A DNA stretch of 64,000 nt from Capsulimonadaceae bacterium (lineage in GTDB: Bacteria > Armatimonadota > Armatimonadia > Armatimonadales > Capsulimonadaceae). The stretch lies in the NCBI GenBank assembly GCA_965215505.1, contig OZ244065.1:1664001-1728000 (forward strand), written 5' to 3'. A program made the position numbers and the translations under genes. Below, one piece after another: positions 27,951-37,998 of the stretch; the stretch's first letter is position 1; every line of letters begins with the position of its first letter. The notes below the pieces were generated by a model. That model was not told where the DNA came from. It did no database searches and saw only the letters and a program-made list of their open reading frames with translations.

Positions 27951-29456
27951 TCATGCAGTACCTTCAGCCGCCTCCAGTTCCGACAGCAGGCTGTAAAGTG
28001 AGGCCATCCAGGCGTGACACGGCTCATCTATGGGGGCAAGGTCCGGGCGGCGGCGTCCCAATGACTCAGCGTAGGCGCGCACCCACCTGATGGCGAGTTC
28101 GGCCTCACTCGCCGCAGCCACTTTAGAAGCCCGATCAAACTGCACGCTCACCCAATCTTCCAGTGTCAGTATGCTGATCACTACGCCATGCAAGTCCTCG
28201 ATCTGCTCGACCCTGAATTTCACTTTTTCCAGATGTTCCGGCGTTTCGCTCGTGACGAACCCTGCCTGATCGACGCTGCCTTGGCCACTCAGTTTTTCGT
28301 TCAGTTCCTCGAGTTCTTCCCTGAGGTCGGGTTTCCCGAATTTGGCGTCCCATGCCTCAACGATCTCGCCGTCCACCTGAAGCTCGATGTCTGCCACGTT
28401 GCCGTGTTTTTTGTTGGCGGATCGCATTTGACTGAGGGGGATCAGGCGGCCATCAAGTGCCTCCACCTCCTGCAACGCCTGCATGAGACTGTGCATGGCG
28501 ACCTCCATCACTCGGGCGCTGTAGTCGGCTTCGTAGATGTGTCGTTTCAGCAGCGCGGTGATAGAGGGCCGATCAACCAGTCTGCCGGAGGATTGAAGGC
28601 GACCTAACAGATCGGTCGAGCTTGACACGAGCGCCTTGAACTCCGAGGCATTGTTGAGCAGTTGTGACAGCAGATATTGAAGTGCCGCCAGAGGAGGCAT
28701 CTTCCCCGCCTCCAACAGCTCTATCATCTCCATCCATTGTCGCCGCGCTCCGCGCGTCCCAGCTTTGTAGACCTCAGTGTAAGGGTAGTTCTCGGCAAGA
28801 GATCGCGTCATGAAAACGCCGTCACGATTCAAGCGGATGAGGTCGTACTTACGCAGGATGGGGGTTATTGATGGACGGTCAATGGCTGTCCGCATCGCCA
28901 CGCCCTCCACCCAGGAGAACAGATCTTGTTTTTCCTCGGCATCCTCGCCCGCCGCAGATCCCGTCGGCTTGCGGGGGAGGCGAACGCTGCGTCCACCGGC
29001 GGAGCGCCCTTTGTGGAGGCGCACACTCTGCTGCGGCTCTACGGCTTTGATGCAGAGCTGTAACACGGACAGTGCGACCAGTGCCCTGCCGACCTCACTT
29101 GTGACCGCCACCACCAAAGCATTCAGAAGCCGTCTGTGGCTGTCCCTCAGGAGGTCCAGGTTGGCCTCTACGGCACCCGGCTCATCGCGGCACAGCAGTA
29201 TCTGCTTCTCTAAAAAATTACCATTTTCTACGGCAAGCGCGGCGCTTATCGTTCGTGACCGCTCCCGCGCCCCTTCACTCTGAGGCCCTTCATGGAACAC
29301 CTCTACCGTTCCATCCGGCCGCACCAGTTCACTGCGGTCGGCGTAGACACGCAGATGGAGTTGAGCCGCCTCGGGGCCGTCACTTGCACCCGCATTGACG
29401 TCCGACGGGATTTTGTCTTGGGAGCTTCGTATGACTTGGTCGGCGTTATCACTCAT
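27951..29456 (-). CDS. Putative restriction endonuclease (PD-(D/E)xK-like)
   Basis: Starts 2 nt after the methyltransferase stop; ADIEL...EAWDAK motif; visibly lower GC. Confidence 0.55.
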   Translation of the reverse strand: MSDNADQVIRSSQDKIPSDVNAGASDGPEAAQLHLRVYADRSELVRPDGTVEVFHEGPQSEGARERSRTISAALAVENGNFLEKQILLCRDEPGAVEANLDLLRDSHRRLLNALVVAVTSEVGRALVALSVLQLCIKAVEPQQSVRLHKGRSAGGRSVRLPRKPTGSAAGEDAEEKQDLFSWVEGVAMRTAIDRPSITPILRKYDLIRLNRDGVFMTRSLAENYPYTEVYKAGTRGARRQWMEMIELLEAGKMPPLAALQYLLSQLLNNASEFKALVSSSTDLLGRLQSSGRLVDRPSITALLKRHIYEADYSARVMEVAMHSLMQALQEVEALDGRLIPLSQMRSANKKHGNVADIELQVDGEIVEAWDAKFGKPDLREELEELNEKLSGQGSVDQAGFVTSETPEHLEKVKFRVEQIEDLHGVVISILTLEDWVSVQFDRASKVAAASEAELAIRWVRAYAESLGRRRPDLAPIDEPCHAWMASLYSLLSELEAAEGTA

Positions 29457-29458
29457 GG

Positions 29459-31459
29459 TCAGAGGGTCTTTCTAAGCTGGATGCTGCGGGGCGTCAGTGT
29501 CGGGAAGGCGTAGGGGATCAGATACTCTCCTGGCAGTATTTGTGGATTGGTGTTGCTGTTGCGGACCTCATAGCCCATCGAACGCAAGGTTTTGAGCGCC
29601 GGCACCACCTCATCCTCTGGAACCCCCCAGGCCTCCGCGAAGACGGATGAGGGCATTTGTGAGGAGACACCGATGCCCCCTATCACCTTGGCCAAGATGC
29701 GCCACTCCATCGCAGGGGGGGCCATGCTCGACATGTACATCCATGCGCGCATCTTGGGCGCGTACTGGTAGTAGCCCGAGAGTTGAACCAGGTCAGCAAT
29801 TCCGTACTTCTCTTCAACCGTCTCTTCAAAGGCTTTCCACAGGGCCGTCAGCAATGCCGGCGCGCGGCCGGAGCCACAGAGCGTGACGGACTGTAAAGGA
29901 ATGGGCCACTCCATTCCCTGGGCCGGCTCGATGCTGATCGAATAGCTGAAGCCGTCATCCCTGCCCGCCTCAGGCTCCAGAGGGGAACTGCTGATGATCG
30001 GCGTGAGTTGATCTCCCCCATAGTGTAACTGCACAGGGAAATTCCCCTGGCCCGCGTCGTTGACGAGAGCGAAAGTTTGGGTCAGGTAACGTATTTCCCT
30101 CTTGACAAAGACGCCGCGCGGCACGGAAGATGGAGATAACTCAGGCATCGCCGCGATCGCGGCCCTAGCCTTCGCGGCGTACTTCTCCGTCAGAGTACGC
30201 TTGCGGGTACGGAATCCGAGCGTCTGGCCTTCTTCAAGATAGTGCATCGGGAACGGGAGGGCCGTGTCGAATATCTGGTTCAGGATGCTGAGGGCGAGGA
30301 TTCGGCCGATCTGCGGCGGGACAGAGTTGCCGATCTGATGGATGCGCGCTTGGCGCGGGCCGACGAGTTCATAACCGTCAGGAAAGGTTTGTAGGCGTTT
30401 CATCTCGGCCGTACTGAAGTGCCGATTTTCCCACGAGAACGGCCCGGTATAAGCGCCGCCTTGTGCCTTGACTGTACGCACGGGTGTCAGGGGGTCCGCC
30501 TTGTACATGAGGTCGCTGAACTTCGACCGCCATGCGAACACGGGCGTCGGGTGCCCCATCTCGCGCGTGTAGAACGAATAGTTCAGGCCTGGAGGTATGT
30601 CGCAGATCAAGTGTCCCCACTTCCCGCGCATGAGGAGTGAATTCTCTTCAGTAGGGTCGGCCCCCATCACGGCCTCGCCTGCGGAGTAGAAAGCTCTTGC
30701 GGTGTAAGCGTCCGGCCCGTGCGTCGGACACGGAAAGCGATAGTGACGGATGGCAACGGCATCATCCCGCAGACCGATGATGAACAACCTTTCGCGATGC
30801 TGCGGTACGCCGTAGTCGGCCGCGTCCAGCACCCGGAAGTGAATGACATAGCCGGCATCGCGAAAAGCCTGCTGGATATGACGCCACGGTTCCCCGCCTT
30901 CGGCACCCGTGATGCCGTAGACGTTCTCAAAGAGAAAGCCCACAGGGCGGAGCGCCTGCAATATACGCACATACTCTTGGAACAAAGTGCCGCGTGGGTC
31001 GGTGGTTCCTTTAACCCCGGAAGCCCGCCTGCCCGCTGCCGAAAATGTCTGACAGGGTGGCCCGCCGATGATGAAGTCTATCCCAAGGTCCGCAGGCGGC
31101 TGATACTCGCGGATGTCTACACACTTCACCGTGCCGGTCAGCATCTCCCCCCGACGCGCATTCGCTTCAAGGGTGGCCGCGAACCGCTTCTCGATCTCGA
31201 CCATTTCCACCACATGAAACCCCGCATCATGGAACGCGATGTCGAGGCCGCCGCCGCCACTGAACAAGCTCAACGCGCGGACCGGGCGGCGGTCATGGGT
31301 GGCTAGCCAGAGGCGAAGGTTCTCTCCGAAGCGGTCCGGCCAGGCCGGGCCGGGTGGCACGCCGAGGGCCGATAACATCTGCCCGTGCCAATCTTCAAGC
31401 ACTTCAGGACGAGGCTCAAAATCAAAAAGGGTGGGTTGGGGGCTGTTCAAGGAAAGCAT
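29459..31459 (-). CDS. DNA (cytosine-5)-methyltransferase with a long C-terminal extension
   Basis: LFSGGGG, GGPPCQ, FENV, QHRER, RLQTFP, QIGNSVPP. Confidence 0.93.
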   Translation of the reverse strand: MLSLNSPQPTLFDFEPRPEVLEDWHGQMLSALGVPPGPAWPDRFGENLRLWLATHDRRPVRALSLFSGGGGLDIAFHDAGFHVVEMVEIEKRFAATLEANARRGEMLTGTVKCVDIREYQPPADLGIDFIIGGPPCQTFSAAGRRASGVKGTTDPRGTLFQEYVRILQALRPVGFLFENVYGITGAEGGEPWRHIQQAFRDAGYVIHFRVLDAADYGVPQHRERLFIIGLRDDAVAIRHYRFPCPTHGPDAYTARAFYSAGEAVMGADPTEENSLLMRGKWGHLICDIPPGLNYSFYTREMGHPTPVFAWRSKFSDLMYKADPLTPVRTVKAQGGAYTGPFSWENRHFSTAEMKRLQTFPDGYELVGPRQARIHQIGNSVPPQIGRILALSILNQIFDTALPFPMHYLEEGQTLGFRTRKRTLTEKYAAKARAAIAAMPELSPSSVPRGVFVKREIRYLTQTFALVNDAGQGNFPVQLHYGGDQLTPIISSSPLEPEAGRDDGFSYSISIEPAQGMEWPIPLQSVTLCGSGRAPALLTALWKAFEETVEEKYGIADLVQLSGYYQYAPKMRAWMYMSSMAPPAMEWRILAKVIGGIGVSSQMPSSVFAEAWGVPEDEVVPALKTLRSMGYEVRNSNTNPQILPGEYLIPYAFPTLTPRSIQLRKTL

Positions 31460-31552
31460 TCACTCAGTCGTTCCCGGCCAGGCGCTGCCGGACGTGCAAA
31501 AAGCAGAGGGCGCGGCCATCCACTGTCGGGGCATGACCTGATTGTACCCCTT

Positions 31553-33976
31553 TCATCCGCGCGCCGCCGCGAAGCGCAGGTCCTTCATGATCCGCAGTTG
31601 GTACAGGGTGAAGCCGACCAGCAAGGCCCCCATGACCCAGGCCGCCGCCGTGGCGTAGCCGAATTTCAGGAACAGGAAGGCGTTGTACCAGATCTCCAGG
31701 CCCAGCGTCTGGGTCGAGTAGAGCGGCCCGCCGCCGGTCATCACCAGGATGTTGTCGGTGGCCTGGAAGGTCCCGATGACCGCCCCGACGAGGTTGATGA
31801 TGATGAGCGGTTTCAGGGTCGGGACTGTCACGCGCCAGATCTTGGTCCAGATGCCCGCGCCGTCCAGGTCCGCCGCCTCGTACATCTCCGTCGGGATGGA
31901 GCGCAGGGCGGCCTGGTAGATCAGACTGCCCGGCCCCGCCGAGGCCCACACAGACGGCAGGATGACCGAGAGCAGGGCGATCTTCGGGTCTTCCAGCCAC
32001 TTCACCGGGTCCGGGTGCAGCCCGAAGGCGTGCGCCGCTGAGAGCAGCAGCGAGTTGAACAGGCCGTTCGGCGTCCCCTCTTCAAACCACTTCCACATGA
32101 ATGTGATCGCCAGCGGCGCGGTGATGGCGGGGAGGTAATAGAGCGTGCGGAACAGGACCTTGCCGCGCGGCACTTCCGTCAGGCCGAAAGCGACGGCCAG
32201 GGGCAGGAAGAAGCCGAGGGTAAGGCTGATGCCGGTGTAGAGGAACGAGTTCCGGACGCCGTACCAGAACGTCTCCGACATGAACAGGTCAATGAAGTTG
32301 TCCAGGCCGATGAACGAGTTGGCCCCCAGGATGTGGTAGTTCTGGAAGGCCATGATCAGGCCCCGGATCAGCGGGTAGTAGCGCCACACGAGGATGGACA
32401 CGACGGCGGGCAGCATGAACAGCCAGATGAGCAGGTGGACGGACAGCGGCAGGCCGGCAGGCCGCGTCGAGAACACGCGCGCCGCCCGCTCCCGCGCCCG
32501 CGACGCCATCAGGCGGCGGCCCAGCCAGGAGAGGTAGGCCAGCAGCCCGGCGGACAGCAGCCCGAAGACCGTCCACGCCCATGCCCGCCGCACCCGCATG
32601 ACGTCGGGCGGGACGAAGCCGGTCAGCTTGGCGTCCACCGACCGCGCCGCCGTGTCCAGCAGGGCTTTCGGGTCGGCGTTCGGGTTCTGCTCGATCTCGC
32701 CCAGAGGGATGCCCAGCAGGTTGTAGATCTGGCTCATGTTCTCGCCGTAAGGCTCCGGGTGCCCGTGCGTGAACAGCGTCTCGTTCGTCTTGAGCCAGAC
32801 CTTGGACTGCGGCGACGTGTAGTCCTCGTACCCATACTTTTGCAGGGCGACCGGGTTGACCGTGTTGCCAAGCCCCGCCTCCACATAGGACTGCGTGCGG
32901 ATGCGGTCTGCCTCATCGCTCGCCATGAACTTGACGAACTGCCAGGCCGCCTCGCGGACCTGCGGGTCCTTGATCTGCGACGAGATGCCCCACATGTAGG
33001 CGTTGGCCTCGTTGGCCGTGATGCCGGTCGGCCCCTTCGGCATGGGTGCGATGCCGACGACGCTGGGGCTGATCTGGGTGGCATCGGCCTGGTTCGCGAT
33101 CACGTTGCTCTGGTACTGGAACCACATGGCGACCTTGCCCTGCGCCCGGTCCTGCCCCAAGGTGCTGCTGTGAGTGGCGACGCCGATGTAGGTCTTGCCG
33201 TCCTTGCCCTTCCAGGGCGCGGTGATGAGCTTCCGGTAGAACTCCAGGGCGGTGACTCCGGCGGGCGTGTTGAAGGCCGCCACCCACTTGCCGTCCGGGC
33301 CGCGCTTGATGACCTCGCCGCCGGCCTGCCACAAGAAGTTGATCCACCAGTACGCGGAGGCGTCCGAGTCGGTGCCGAACTCGAAGCCCCAGACGCCCTT
33401 GGGCTGGTCGGTCAGGGCCTGGGAGTCGGCATAGAACTCGTCCCAGTTCGCCGGCGGCTTGTCCGGGTCGAGGCCCGCCGCCTGGAACATGTCCTTGCGG
33501 TAGTAGAGCGCCTGGACGGCGGCGAGGAACGGGACGCTGTAGATGTGGCCGTGCCCGGCATCTTTAAGGATAGGCAGGAGGGTCGGCTGGATTCGCGCCA
33601 GCACGGCGGGGTCGCGTTGCAGGTAGGAGTCGAGCGGCAGCAGGAACCCCTGCTGGATGTAGGAGGCCGAGGACCGGAAGTTGACGTAGACCACGTCCGG
33701 CGCGCTGCCCCCGGCGAAGGCCAGCAGGAGGTTCGACTCGGCGGCCGACCCGCCGATCTGGAGGCCCTGGGCGCTTTCCAGCCGGATGTCGGGGTGGGCG
33801 CGCTCGAAGGCATCCACGATGGCCCGGTCGGCGTGGGATTTCGGGTCGGTCGCGTTCTTGTCGGGCAGCTTGAAGCCGCCCGCGCCGCCGACGCGCAGGA
33901 CGACCGGCCCGGACTGGGCATGGAGGGGCAGGACAAAGGCGAGAACGAGCGCGAGGCAGGCAAGGAGTCTTTTCAT
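31553..33976 (-). CDS. Fused extracellular solute-binding protein and carbohydrate ABC permease
   Basis: Signal peptide and SBP domain (LYYRKDMF), then permease EAA motif YEAADLDGAG. Confidence 0.88.
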   Translation of the reverse strand: MKRLLACLALVLAFVLPLHAQSGPVVLRVGGAGGFKLPDKNATDPKSHADRAIVDAFERAHPDIRLESAQGLQIGGSAAESNLLLAFAGGSAPDVVYVNFRSSASYIQQGFLLPLDSYLQRDPAVLARIQPTLLPILKDAGHGHIYSVPFLAAVQALYYRKDMFQAAGLDPDKPPANWDEFYADSQALTDQPKGVWGFEFGTDSDASAYWWINFLWQAGGEVIKRGPDGKWVAAFNTPAGVTALEFYRKLITAPWKGKDGKTYIGVATHSSTLGQDRAQGKVAMWFQYQSNVIANQADATQISPSVVGIAPMPKGPTGITANEANAYMWGISSQIKDPQVREAAWQFVKFMASDEADRIRTQSYVEAGLGNTVNPVALQKYGYEDYTSPQSKVWLKTNETLFTHGHPEPYGENMSQIYNLLGIPLGEIEQNPNADPKALLDTAARSVDAKLTGFVPPDVMRVRRAWAWTVFGLLSAGLLAYLSWLGRRLMASRARERAARVFSTRPAGLPLSVHLLIWLFMLPAVVSILVWRYYPLIRGLIMAFQNYHILGANSFIGLDNFIDLFMSETFWYGVRNSFLYTGISLTLGFFLPLAVAFGLTEVPRGKVLFRTLYYLPAITAPLAITFMWKWFEEGTPNGLFNSLLLSAAHAFGLHPDPVKWLEDPKIALLSVILPSVWASAGPGSLIYQAALRSIPTEMYEAADLDGAGIWTKIWRVTVPTLKPLIIINLVGAVIGTFQATDNILVMTGGGPLYSTQTLGLEIWYNAFLFLKFGYATAAAWVMGALLVGFTLYQLRIMKDLRFAAARG

Positions 33977-34094
33977 ACGGGCAGGTTCATAGGCAATCTT
34001 ACAGACGGGTGGATGACTTTATCATACGGCATGACAGGCCTTTTGTCAAGGAACTTTGTCAAGGAACCCGGCTCATTCCGGTATAATGGAGGCC

Positions 34095-34862
34095 ATGTTA
34101 GCCACCCGCATCATCCCCTGCCTCGATGTCCAGAATGGCCGCGTCGTCAAGGGCACGAACTTCGTCAACCTCCGGGACGCCGGGGACCCCGTGGAGCGCG
34201 CCGCGCTGTACGACGCCCAGGGCGCGGACGAACTGGTCTTCCTGGACATCACGGCCTCGCACGAGAAGCGCGACCTGATGTTCGACTACGCCCGCCGGGT
34301 GGCCGAAGAGGTCTTCATCCCCTTCTGCGTCGGCGGCGGCATCAAGACGGTGGAGGACTTCCGGCGCATCCTGAAGACCGGCGCGGACAAGGCCAGCATC
34401 AACACCGCCGCCGTCACCGACCCCGGCCTCATCACCGAATGTGCCAAAGACTTCGGCGCGCAGTGCGTCGTCGTCGCCGTGGACCCCAAGAAGACGGGCC
34501 GGACGCCCTCGGGCTGGGAGGTGCATATCCACGGGGGCCGGACGCCGACCGGCCTGGACGCCCTGGACTGGGTGCGGGAGATGGAGGACCGGGGGGCGGG
34601 CGAGATCATGCTGACCTCGATGGACGCCGACGGGACTCTGGCCGGCTACGACATCCCCTTGACCTTGGCCGTGACACGGCTGGTCGGCATCCCCGTCATC
34701 GCCAGCGGCGGCGCGGGGAGTTTGGAACACATCCACGAGGCCCTGACGGCGGGCGGCGCGCAGGCGGCCCTGGTTTCCAGCATCGTCCACTACGGGACGC
34801 ACACGGTCGGGGAGATCAAAGAGTACCTCGCCGCGCGGGGCATCCCCGTCCGGCGGGTGTGA
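34095..34862 (+). CDS. hisF: Imidazole glycerol phosphate synthase cyclase subunit
   Basis: [29 protein letters not shown]. Confidence 0.97.
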   Translation: MLATRIIPCLDVQNGRVVKGTNFVNLRDAGDPVERAALYDAQGADELVFLDITASHEKRDLMFDYARRVAEEVFIPFCVGGGIKTVEDFRRILKTGADKASINTAAVTDPGLITECAKDFGAQCVVVAVDPKKTGRTPSGWEVHIHGGRTPTGLDALDWVREMEDRGAGEIMLTSMDADGTLAGYDIPLTLAVTRLVGIPVIASGGAGSLEHIHEALTAGGAQAALVSSIVHYGTHTVGEIKEYLAARGIPVRRV

Positions 34863-34965
34863 TTCGGAGGCCATGCCGAGAGGAGAGCCGAAAAGAGGGC
34901 GGGGGGCCCCCGCCCTCCTTCCGCGCCCTCCTTCCGCGCCCTCCTTCCCCGGCCCACTTTGCCGG

Positions 34966-34995
34966 TTGACGGAGGCCACGCAAAAAGAGTATAAT
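34966..34995 (+). promoter_or_regulatory. Promoter of tRNA-Pro
   Basis: TTGACG, 18 nt, TATAAT, 8 nt upstream of the tRNA. Confidence 0.75.
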
Positions 34996-35003
34996 AGCCT
35001 AAT

Positions 35004-35079
35004 CGGGGTGTAGCACAGTTGGTAGCGCGCAAAGTTTGGGACTTTGAGGCCGCAGGTTCGAGTCCTGTCACCCCGACCA
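35004..35079 (+). tRNA. tRNA-Pro (TGG)
   Basis: CGGGGTG/CACCCCG acceptor, CAAAG-TTTGGGA-CTTTG anticodon arm, GGTTCGAGTCC, encoded CCA. Confidence 0.97.
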
Positions 35080-35160
35080 TTGAGCATCAAGTGACGGCTT
35101 ACTGACCACCTGGGGACGCATAATCTATGCGTCCCTTCTTTCTTGCAAGGAGACGCGACG

Positions 35161-36519
35161 GTGAAAGCGAAGTGCATGGTCTGCCATGAGGGATACGACG
35201 TGGAGCGGGACCGGGGACAGGTCATCGAGATTGACGGAGTGGGGAACTACATCTGCCACCGAGATTGGCCCGGCTTCACAGCGGGCGTGGACCTGCAAAA
35301 GAAGGTGCAGGAGGCCGCCGAGGGTGTCCACATGGAGCGCAACGAGGCCAAGCGGGCGGAAGCGCGCGCCCAGCTCGCCGAGTTCAACCAGACGCCGCGC
35401 GACATCGTCGCCAAACTTGATGAGTACGTCATCGGGCAGGAGCGCGCCAAGAGGGACGTTGCAGTCGGGCTGTACGACCACCACCGCATCCATCAGGGCG
35501 ATCTGGCCCACACCGAGGCGGGGACCAAGGCGGACATCGAATTAGAAAAGGCCAACATCATGCTGGTCGGGCCGTCCGGCAGCGGCAAGACGCTGCTGGC
35601 GAAGACGCTTGCCCGGTCATTGGGCGTCCCTTTTGCTTCGGCTGATGCCACCAGCCTCTCGCCGACCGGCTACACGGGGAACGACGTGGAAAGCATCCTG
35701 ACGGCCGCCTACATTGACGCGGGGGAGGATTTGGAATGGGCGGGGCGGTCGGTCATCTTCATCGACGAGATTGACAAGATCGCCCGCAAGTCGCAGGCCA
35801 ACCCCAGCATCACGCGCGACGTGTCCGGCGAGTCCGTGCAGCACGCACTTCTCAAGCTGGTGGAAGGGACGATGGCGCAGCTTCCCCTGGGGGCGTCAGG
35901 CCGCAAGCACCCGGACGCGCCGCCGGAATATATTGACACCAGCAAGATCCTGTTCATCGGCGGCGGGGCGTTCGAGGGTTTCCCGGAGATCGTCGCGAAG
36001 AAGATGAAGCGGCAGACGGAGCGGACGATGGGCCTGCGCGCGAACCCGTCCGCCATCTCGGGCGACCCACAGCGCGATTACGAGATTTTGGCCGAGGCCC
36101 CCGCCGAGGTCCTGATCGAGAGCCTGATCGAGTACGGTTTCGTGCCGGAGTTCGCGGGCCGCTTCCCGATCATCGTCCCGCTCGCGCCGCTGACGAAGGA
36201 GCAGATGCGGCTGGCCCTGACGACCCCGAAGAACTCCGTCGTCAAGCAGCAGGTCGAGCTGTTTCGGCGGGACGGAATCGCCCTGGACATCACCGAGGCC
36301 GCTCTGGATGCCATCGTGGAGAAGGCCGTCAACATGAAGACGGGCGTCCGCGCCCTGCGCTCGCTCGTCAAGAGCATGAGCAGCCAGGCTCGGTACGACC
36401 TCGCAGGGGACCCGAGCGTGGTGGCCGTGGAGATCGGGCCGGAGACGCTGGACGATCCGCGACGCTACCAGGTGACACGGCGCGGCGCGCTGGCGGCGAA
36501 CCGGGCGGAAGCGGTCTAG
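35161..36519 (+). CDS. clpX: ClpX-like AAA+ ATPase (divergent)
   Basis: LDEYVIGQ, GPSGSGKT, IDEIDKI, RDVSGESVQ, RKHP; AAGGAG RBS before GTG. Confidence 0.88.
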   Translation: MKAKCMVCHEGYDVERDRGQVIEIDGVGNYICHRDWPGFTAGVDLQKKVQEAAEGVHMERNEAKRAEARAQLAEFNQTPRDIVAKLDEYVIGQERAKRDVAVGLYDHHRIHQGDLAHTEAGTKADIELEKANIMLVGPSGSGKTLLAKTLARSLGVPFASADATSLSPTGYTGNDVESILTAAYIDAGEDLEWAGRSVIFIDEIDKIARKSQANPSITRDVSGESVQHALLKLVEGTMAQLPLGASGRKHPDAPPEYIDTSKILFIGGGAFEGFPEIVAKKMKRQTERTMGLRANPSAISGDPQRDYEILAEAPAEVLIESLIEYGFVPEFAGRFPIIVPLAPLTKEQMRLALTTPKNSVVKQQVELFRRDGIALDITEAALDAIVEKAVNMKTGVRALRSLVKSMSSQARYDLAGDPSVVAVEIGPETLDDPRRYQVTRRGALAANRAEAV

Positions 36520-36545
36520 CGGAAGCGGTCTAGCGGAAGCGGTCT
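36505..36545. repeat. 14-bp tandem triplication at the clpX stop
   Basis: GCGGAAGCGGTCTA x3 (last copy partial). Confidence 0.9.
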
Positions 36546-36617
36546 CTCGGGAGCTTTCTGAGGCGGGGACAAGGGCGCGGGAGAGACTCTCCCCGCGCTC
36601 TTCCCGTTGGCCCTTGC

Positions 36618-37115
36618 TCATTCCCTGTCCCCCGTGACGGCCCCGCCGTTGTTCCTGTCCCGCGCGGCGGCGTCGGCGGCATCTTCGGCGGTCTCATAGT
36701 ACAGGCTCTTCTCCACGCACACCGTAGTGCCCCTCGGGTCCGTCGTGCTGAACTCGATTCCGTCGGCCAGACTCTCGACCAGGGACAGGCCGTAGCCTCC
36801 GTGCCGCTGCCCCCCCCACCCGTCGGAGCGCTCCGAACCGACCGGAAGCACGTCCTCCCTCTTGAAGCCTCGCCCCTCATCGGCGACCGTGATGACGACC
36901 TTGGCCTCGTAGTACTCCAGCGTCATCAGGAAGTGAGGCGCTTCCGAATGGGCGTGTCGGATGACGTTGGCGCACAGCTCGCCGACGATGATCTCCACGT
37001 CGTCAATGATCGGCCCGTTCACCTTCATGTCTTCCAGCAGGCACCGACTGAGGACTCGCGTCGTCCGAATATAGGTCACGTCTTCGGGGAGATGCAGCGA
37101 GAGCCGAAGTATCAT
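36618..37115 (-). CDS. RsbW-like anti-sigma factor / HATPase protein
   Basis: ELCANVIRHA, DEGRGF, GGYGLSLV, GTTV. Confidence 0.85.
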   Translation of the reverse strand: MILRLSLHLPEDVTYIRTTRVLSRCLLEDMKVNGPIIDDVEIIVGELCANVIRHAHSEAPHFLMTLEYYEAKVVITVADEGRGFKREDVLPVGSERSDGWGGQRHGGYGLSLVESLADGIEFSTTDPRGTTVCVEKSLYYETAEDAADAAARDRNNGGAVTGDRE

Positions 37116-37888
37116 AGATCTGTTTCTTTCCTCGTGTCCAGGCACGGAACCGGGGCGGCCAGAATCTGCACCAGCGCGGGGCTGATCTTTTCCAGTGGGA
37201 GTACAAGATCTATGCAGCCGGTCTCGACCGCGCTGCGGGGCATGCCCGCGAACCGGCTGCTCGCCTCGTCCTGAGCGACAGTGACCCCGCCGGCCGCTTT
37301 GATGGCCCGCACGCCCTGCGCGCCGTCGCTGCCCGTCCCCGTCAGCACGACGGCCACGGCCTTCGCGCCGACGCTTTCCGCCAGGGAGCCGAACAGCAGG
37401 TCAGCGGAAGGCCGCCCCAGCCCTACTCTCGTGGCGGGGGTGAGCGAGAGCGTCCCATCGGGGCAGACCTGGAGGTGGCTGCCGCTCGGGGTGACATAGA
37501 CCCAGCTCATCTGGGGACTGTCCCCCTGCTGTATCTCCTTGACGCGGAGAGCCGTGCGGCGGCTCAGGAGGTCGGCCAGCCCGCTGCGGGGTTCCGGGGA
37601 GATGTGCTGGGCGATCAGGATGGGCGCGGGGAAGTCTTCGGGCAGTGCGGAAAGAACCACGCTCAGGGCATGGATACCGCCCGCGGACGCCGCGAGCGCG
37701 ACGATTGGTGTGGTGCAGGGAAAAGTCGAGTTGAAGTAAGCGCCAAGGTGGAACGGGGCCGAGCCGTGCGGGCGGGCGAAGGGCTGTTGGAGCGGAATGA
37801 GAACACGAGACCTTTCACGAAGAGAGCGGCGCAGAGGAAAGGTCTCGGGGGAAGTCACAAGAGCTTGGACCAAAAAACATTGGTGCAT
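37112..37888 (-). CDS. Stand-alone CheB-type methylesterase (start uncertain)
   Basis: ASAGG, QH, RPSADLLF, LTGTGSDG, QDEASS..GMP. Confidence 0.85.
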   Translation of the reverse strand: MHQCFLVQALVTSPETFPLRRSLRERSRVLIPLQQPFARPHGSAPFHLGAYFNSTFPCTTPIVALAASAGGIHALSVVLSALPEDFPAPILIAQHISPEPRSGLADLLSRRTALRVKEIQQGDSPQMSWVYVTPSGSHLQVCPDGTLSLTPATRVGLGRPSADLLFGSLAESVGAKAVAVVLTGTGSDGAQGVRAIKAAGGVTVAQDEASSRFAGMPRSAVETGCIDLVLPLEKISPALVQILAAPVPCLDTRKETDL

Positions 37889-37998
37889 TACCTTCTCCCC
37901 ACTTTTGTCGGAGGCTAAACACCAATCAGGCCGGCGGGGAACTTTTATTTTGGCCGAAGGGTTCTTTCACATAAACGACGGCGGGATGAGAGAATCGA

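Noticed and set aside
32333-34969. Long antisense or shadow ORFs (also 2546..4381, 5856..7601, 19009..20934, 49511..51667)
   Set aside because: Typical high-GC shadows of well-supported genes, with no protein motifs
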